From Amoebophrya sp. A120 (lineage: Eukaryota; Protista; Dinoflagellata): a stretch of 14,577 nucleotides of DNA. Made by a program: the position numbers and the translations under genes. The notes beneath the pieces are model-generated. The model did not search any database, was not told the DNA's origin, and saw nothing but the letters and a program-made list of their open reading frames with translations. The stretch spans positions 1 through 14,577 of the forward strand of contig CAJINV010000067.1 of the NCBI GenBank assembly GCA_905178155.1, read 5' to 3'. Shown here piece by piece: positions 9,901 to 14,577 of this stretch (the first letter of the stretch is position 1; each line of letters starts with the position of its first letter).

Positions 9901-10876
9901 GAGGAAGTGGCTTGTAAGGGGAGCCCTTTGCAGTGGCTTCTTTGTTCTTCCCAGAGTCATCGCCTGCTACACCAGCTGCGTCAGAAGATGATGCTATTGA
10001 TGCGCTTGAAAGATCCTCGAGGGTGGAATTCTTGTTCTCCGCCGCTCCCTCGCTCTTCCCTGTGGGAGGTTCCTGAACCACCACGCCGCCCTGCTCCCGT
10101 CGCGCCCGCAGGTCCTGCGGGAAGAGCAAAACCTTGGTAACCCGCACGGCCGGCCGGCACACCTTCAACTCGTTGGCCAGGGAGTCGCGGACGGCCGCAG
10201 CGACGCCGCGCCCCACCTCGTTCGGATGGATGGCCTTCCCGTCGGTTCGTTCCAGGCTCAGGGCTAAGCTGGCGCCCATCGCCGGAATCTTCGTGAAGTC
10301 AACCGGTTTGTTGTCTGCGCTCGGGTTTGCCTTGGAAAGCGGCGCCAACGCCTTAGCCGGATCATCCGGATCGAGCTGTTGGACTTGTGCCTGGACACGC
10401 TGGGCCAGCTCCTGCTGCAACCGATCCTGCAGCTCGCTTTTCTCCTCCAGACTCGCCAGTGCTTGGGCTGTTTTCGTCTTCGCGACATGTGCGTGCCGTG
10501 CGTGGGGCACAGTTGGCGCGATGTTTTTACTACCAGGTCGAATCACTGCCGTCGGGGTGCGCCGATGGAGGACCTTGTAGCTCCCTTCTGGGCCGTGATG
10601 GTGAGCAGGGGCTGCAGATGCTTTTGTATCGTCTTCTGGTAAGGCTACGTGTTCCGCTCGGACTGCGGTTCTTGCATTTGGGTCCATTTCAGAGCCAAGC
10701 GGAAATGAAACCAGGTCTGTGTGGGCAGCCAAGTGTTGGCTCTGCGCCAGTTCCTCCAACGAAGACGGTAATTGAACGACATTTTTGTGCGCGTCGATAC
10801 CGGTTACCTGTCGTATCTCCACGAAAACCGGGTGGCACACGAAGAGGAGATAGACGATCATGAAGTTGCTTTTCAT
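6987..10876 (-). CDS. Putative type I single-pass membrane/surface protein (~1168 aa); exons 10876-8764, 8636-8200, 7943-6987
   Basis: N-terminal signal-like peptide MKSNFMIVYLLFVCHPVFV, long low-complexity ectodomain, TM segment WKVLFFGILLGVIFLISVTLNYCVF (~8390-8315) and acidic S/T-rich tail. Three ORF-track pieces are joined in frame by one GT-AG intron and by exact removal of the TIR element plus one direct repeat. Confidence 0.75.
7949..8199. mobile_element. 251-bp non-autonomous TIR element (introner/MITE-like), probably acting as a non-canonical intron
   Basis: Perfect 30-bp TIRs: TATCAAATGTAAAAATGTCTGGGTCTGGAA (7949-7978) and its reverse complement (8170-8199). Flanked by GTCAT at 7944-7948 and 8200-8204. 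No credible internal ORF. Removing 256 nt restores the host frame. Confidence 0.93.
7981..8160. repeat. Internal dispersed motif GCAT(G/C)ACA(A/G) within the TIR element
   Basis: Forward copies start at 8028, 8067, 8087, 8120 and 8151. Reverse copies at 7981-7989 and (partial) 8137-8143. CTGGGTAAC also occurs twice (7989, 8109). Confidence 0.8.
8637..8763 (-). other. Canonical GT-AG intron (127 nt, phase 1)
   Basis: GAT G|GTAAGT ... TTCGTCAG|GT AGC, a consensus donor. Joins ...VLNLD-G-SEQTTLAIRDALLNLQ in frame. Confidence 0.88.
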
Positions 10877-11517
10877 TTTGTTGGCACCTTAACCTGATTC
10901 CGTTGCTAAAGCTTCAACACCAGAATGAAGATAGAAACAAACACCACGGAAAATGAAACGTCTTTCACTATTTTGATCGTGAAATATTATGTGTCTCGAT
11001 TGATTCAAGGGCCACAAAAATTTTACCGAAAAAAGCAAAGCGCATCGTGTCTTCGACACCAGAAATCAAGATCAACGCAACAAGGCGAATTCCACAACTA
11101 TCTCGTCTGGTGGGAGAACGAAACTCAATTCAGCCAAGTAGCCCCTCGTCTTATCAAGCAACAGACTCTCGTTCGATAATGCCACGAGCATCTCAATGAG
11201 TGAACGCGTTCGCGAACATATACGCACGAAACACTAACTGATAGGCTAGCTGTTACATCGGTCGAAAAACGACCGTTGCGAAGTGACAAATTATGTGGTG
11301 GATCATGTGGTCCAACTTGATGAGCCACATTCTTATCTATCAAATCGAAACAAAGAATTCGGAATAGGGATATTGCACAGCCGGGGTATGGGTAACCGTC
11401 GTCACTACAAACATGTGCCAAGCCTAGGAACGAGTGACACCCAAAATCAAACAAAGCGAAACCAAAATAGCGACGAAAAAATGGAAACGATTGAAACCGC
11501 GAAGATCTTCCTTTCTA

Positions 11518-14500
11518 TTATGATTGCTTTTTCATTTCCTCCTCCGCATCGAGCTCGGCGGCAATGTCTTGGATGATCTTTGGCGTGATGGCGACTTGGT
11601 AGTCCTTGATTGCCGGGTCGTTTTGCTTCATGATTTTTTCGTGGAATCGCAACCCGATCCGCATGTTTTTCATACAGATCGGGAGGGGGAACTGAGCGTG
11701 GACCACGTTGTACAGTGGGAGAATGACAAAATTGAGAAAACCGACCTGGGTTTTCGCGCGTTTCACCGGCGTTTCGAGTCCCTCCGGAAACATGGTGACG
11801 GGTATCCCCAGCCGCTGCTCGGCCTCCGCCTGCATCTGAAACTCGTCGAGGACCAGGTCCGTCCAACGGAGACTCTGGGCCAATTTCGATCCCATGATGC
11901 CGATATCGCCCATGTGCAGGAAAATTTCGCAGACCAGCTGCCGCTTCTCGTTCGGCACCGGCTCGAAGTCCTGCAATTTCGAGATCACCTGGCGGCTCTG
12001 CATCGAGGCCCGATTGACCTTGCTAGGTCTTGTTACCTGACTCGTTTTTGATGGCGATTTTTTGATTTTACTTCCCTCGCCGGCGTCCACCGGAGCAGCA
12101 CGGGGAGCAGCTGCCGGTGCTTCGTCGTTGCTGGTGTTTACCATGGATTCCATGCCGTCTTCGTCCTCACTGTCGCTCTCGTCAGAGGCGAAGCCGCGCT
12201 CGCGAAAGTATTTGCAGAGCGCGTGCGCTTCGCGGATGTGCTCCCCGTGGAATTGCATATCGGTTTGCAGAATCGACTTCACGAACCGGGCCCGGAAGGT
12301 GTCGAACACCGGTCCCCGGGCGGCGGAGCTGCAAATGCCCGTGGACATCAGCGCATTCCAGCTCACTGCCGCGTGGTGCATCTCCAGCACCGATTGGTCG
12401 TTGTACCTGCAGGCCAGGTCGGACCGCGTGGCCACCTCGAACTGGTTGGTGAAGCCACGGTGCCCCGCGTCGTGGCCGAGCGCGGCTAGAATCACCGCGA
12501 CGATGTCCAGTTTCTGCAGCTCCTCGCGCAGCAGCTTCGCTTCCCGGAGAAGCAGAAACGTCACCTGCGCGACCTGCAGGGCGTGGAAGTAGTTGTGGTA
12601 GGGCACCTGCTCGGGCGGCAGGTAAATGTCCCGCACCAGCTTGCAGTACTGCGTGACGAGCTGCTGCGTTAGCGTGACGCTGCGATTGTTCGTCAAGTTG
12701 GTCTTCAGCCCGGCGAGCTCCACATCCAACACGTTGCATTGTCGCAAAATGCTGATCACCATCTGGTCCTGCTGCGCCGGGGCGCGCAGGTCCAGCACGC
12801 AAAGGTCCCAGCTTACCGGCATGCCGCGAGGCGAATCCTCTGCCCCGGAGGAAGAGGAGGAAAATCCGCCCACACACACCAGCGCTTCTAACGTGTGCTC
12901 GTTACTTGCATTCTCACCTGATTCTGCGGTCTTCTTGCTATCCGGCTTTTTCGACAGCTGTGCCAACATGGCGGCCTTCTGCTCGCCGGCACCTTCAGCC
13001 GCGCTGCTGCGTACCAGGAGCGCGTTCTCCTGTGTGCGCCTCTTCAGCTGCTCTTGATCGTATCCGTACGCGCCAAGCAGCGACTGCGTGTTGTTATCCA
13101 AGTTGACGCTCGCGGCCTCCAGCACCAAGTCCGCCTTCAAGCGATTGAAGTGGGAGGCCAACTGCACGGACATAAAGCGCAGTCCACGCACGTCTTCGTG
13201 CGTGAACCCGGCGGTTCCGAAGCCACGTACCACATCGCGCTTGTTGCACAACAGCAGCAACGCCACCACTTCTTCGGGGGAATACATCATCTGTTGGCCC
13301 TGCGGCCCCTCGCGGGACGCACGATGGCCACGGGAGCCACGGAACACGGGCATGACCACGAGATTGTTGATGTTGTCATGTCCTAGATCCGGCAGCAGCT
13401 TCTTGTGCACGTTCCTATCGGCGTCTTGCGGGTCGTTCACGACGACCGGCAGTCCGGTCGCGATGGCCCGCGCCAGGCAAGAGTTGGCCACCTCGTGCCC
13501 TACCCCGTAATAGAGCAATCGCGGGAGTTGCACGATGTCTCGCGGATTGTTCGTGTTTTTGGTCGCAGTTCCAGAAGTGCTATGTGTACTTTCCCCGATC
13601 CCGAGTGGAGTGCGAACGCTCTGCTTCGTCGCGTCGTGCAGCAACAAACATCCCGCCTCGCAACTCAGCAGATGCGGCAGCGTGAACTGTAGAGCCTGGA
13701 TGAGATCCCGCACCGAATTGCAGCGCATGAATTTTTCCGAGAGCGACCACATCCGCAGCTTCGACATCCGCTCCTGGCTGATTTTCGCTACTGCGTTTGT
13801 GATGCGCAACGCCACGTTCAGAGGCCCCTGGACCATCGCGCACGCAAACTGCACGGCGCTCTGCCCATGGTCCATTTGGCCCGCAAAGAATTGCGAGCCC
13901 CGCAGGTACTGCCTCCCGTCCTGGCCCGTTAGCATAGTCCCCGAGTTATGGCGCCCGTAGTTCGCAAACTGCACCACGGCAATTACATGTCCGCGGTGGC
14001 TCGTCTTGCTACCTTGACGGCTCGCTTTCTTATTCGTCTTTCTCGAAGCAGTCGTCCCGCAATTTGGAACTGCGAAATCAAGGTCTTTCGAACCAGAGGA
14101 CCCTGCTTTTCCCAGTTGTCGAATGGATTTCTTATGTTTCGCTGGTTCTGCTTCATCTAGCTCAACTGCGGTCGGCTCCCGTCTTTCCTCCTGCTCCCCA
14201 TCCTCCTCGGAGTCTGTGGCAGCGGCACGATCAGACCGGCGCGGAACATTATCTGAACCGGCTGAATTCTCGCTGCGCTTTCTCGTACGATCATTCTCCA
14301 CATCTCCTGCTGCCTCTTCGTCCTCGCTCTCAGACGAGCGTGCTGCGCTGCTCGAGGCTGAAAGTACTTCGAGCATCGCGGTCTGCATCAGCCCTGCACT
14401 GCTCGGGGCTGAAGATTTCCTCGCGTTAGTTGTGGTAGTTCTGTTACCGACCTGCTTTAGGCTGTCAACCGTGGGCGTCAAGCGTCTCTGCACCGCTAGC

Positions 14501-14577
14501 ACGTCCTCAAGTGCTTCTGTTGTGACTCGTTTTCGGAAACTGGTGAAGTCTTCGCCCTTTACTTTTTCGGTGCGACG
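11518..14577 (-). CDS. Class I 3',5'-cyclic nucleotide phosphodiesterase with GAF domain(s); 5' end lies beyond the right window edge
   Basis: PDEase_I motifs PYHNYFHA, LGHDAGHRGFTNQF, YNDQSVLEMHHA, ILQTDM, LHMGDI, EFQMQAEAE, KTQVGFLNFVILPLY. Upstream GAF domain (LARAIATGLPVVVNDP...NLVVMPV...VVALLLLCNK...FTHEDV) and the tail of a preceding GAF (VIAVVQFAN...F). The frame is open to position 14577, so the ORF-track start at 14502 (GTG) is not the real start. Confidence 0.93.
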   Translation of the reverse strand, partial: RRTEKVKGEDFTSFRKRVTTEALEDVLAVQRRLTPTVDSLKQVGNRTTTTNARKSSAPSSAGLMQTAMLEVLSASSSAARSSESEDEEAAGDVENDRTRKRSENSAGSDNVPRRSDRAAATDSEEDGEQEERREPTAVELDEAEPAKHKKSIRQLGKAGSSGSKDLDFAVPNCGTTASRKTNKKASRQGSKTSHRGHVIAVVQFANYGRHNSGTMLTGQDGRQYLRGSQFFAGQMDHGQSAVQFACAMVQGPLNVALRITNAVAKISQERMSKLRMWSLSEKFMRCNSVRDLIQALQFTLPHLLSCEAGCLLLHDATKQSVRTPLGIGESTHSTSGTATKNTNNPRDIVQLPRLLYYGVGHEVANSCLARAIATGLPVVVNDPQDADRNVHKKLLPDLGHDNINNLVVMPVFRGSRGHRASREGPQGQQMMYSPEEVVALLLLCNKRDVVRGFGTAGFTHEDVRGLRFMSVQLASHFNRLKADLVLEAASVNLDNNTQSLLGAYGYDQEQLKRRTQENALLVRSSAAEGAGEQKAAMLAQLSKKPDSKKTAESGENASNEHTLEALVCVGGFSSSSSGAEDSPRGMPVSWDLCVLDLRAPAQQDQMVISILRQCNVLDVELAGLKTNLTNNRSVTLTQQLVTQYCKLVRDIYLPPEQVPYHNYFHALQVAQVTFLLLREAKLLREELQKLDIVAVILAALGHDAGHRGFTNQFEVATRSDLACRYNDQSVLEMHHAAVSWNALMSTGICSSAARGPVFDTFRARFVKSILQTDMQFHGEHIREAHALCKYFRERGFASDESDSEDEDGMESMVNTSNDEAPAAAPRAAPVDAGEGSKIKKSPSKTSQVTRPSKVNRASMQSRQVISKLQDFEPVPNEKRQLVCEIFLHMGDIGIMGSKLAQSLRWTDLVLDEFQMQAEAEQRLGIPVTMFPEGLETPVKRAKTQVGFLNFVILPLYNVVHAQFPLPICMKNMRIGLRFHEKIMKQNDPAIKDYQVAITPKIIQDIAAELDAEEEMKKQS

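Noticed and set aside
10925-11576. Short ORFs in the PDE/membrane-protein spacer (also 1030-1451 and 6341-6940)
   Set aside because: AT-richer UTR/intergenic-like sequence, often with non-ATG starts and no domain signal.
350-14429. Numerous plus-strand and alternate-frame ORFs overlapping the four genes
   Set aside because: Antisense or frame shadows of GC3-rich coding sequence with no recognisable motifs.

Overview
Eukaryotic (protist) genomic DNA with four protein genes, all on the minus strand, head-to-tail. From right to left: (1) a 5'-truncated class I cyclic-nucleotide phosphodiesterase with GAF domains; (2) a ~1168-aa putative type I membrane/surface protein in 3 exons; (3) an Mps1/TTK spindle-checkpoint kinase, ~1271 aa in 3 exons, with an N-terminal TPR-like domain; (4) a 3'-truncated putative secreted protein with a Y/Q/P/N-rich region. 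Four ordinary GT-AG introns of 127-176 nt can be placed. The standout is a 251-bp non-coding element (7949-8199) with perfect 30-bp terminal inverted repeats and a 5-bp flanking direct repeat (GTCAT). It sits inside the membrane-protein ORF, and removing it precisely restores the reading frame without any GT-AG ends. One end of a second copy of the family (34-75, 41/42 identical) interrupts gene 4 in the opposite orientation. The combination of a unidirectional gene cluster, TIR-bounded non-canonical introns and long low-complexity insertions suggests a Syndiniales/Amoebophrya-like dinoflagellate relative (inference, not verified).
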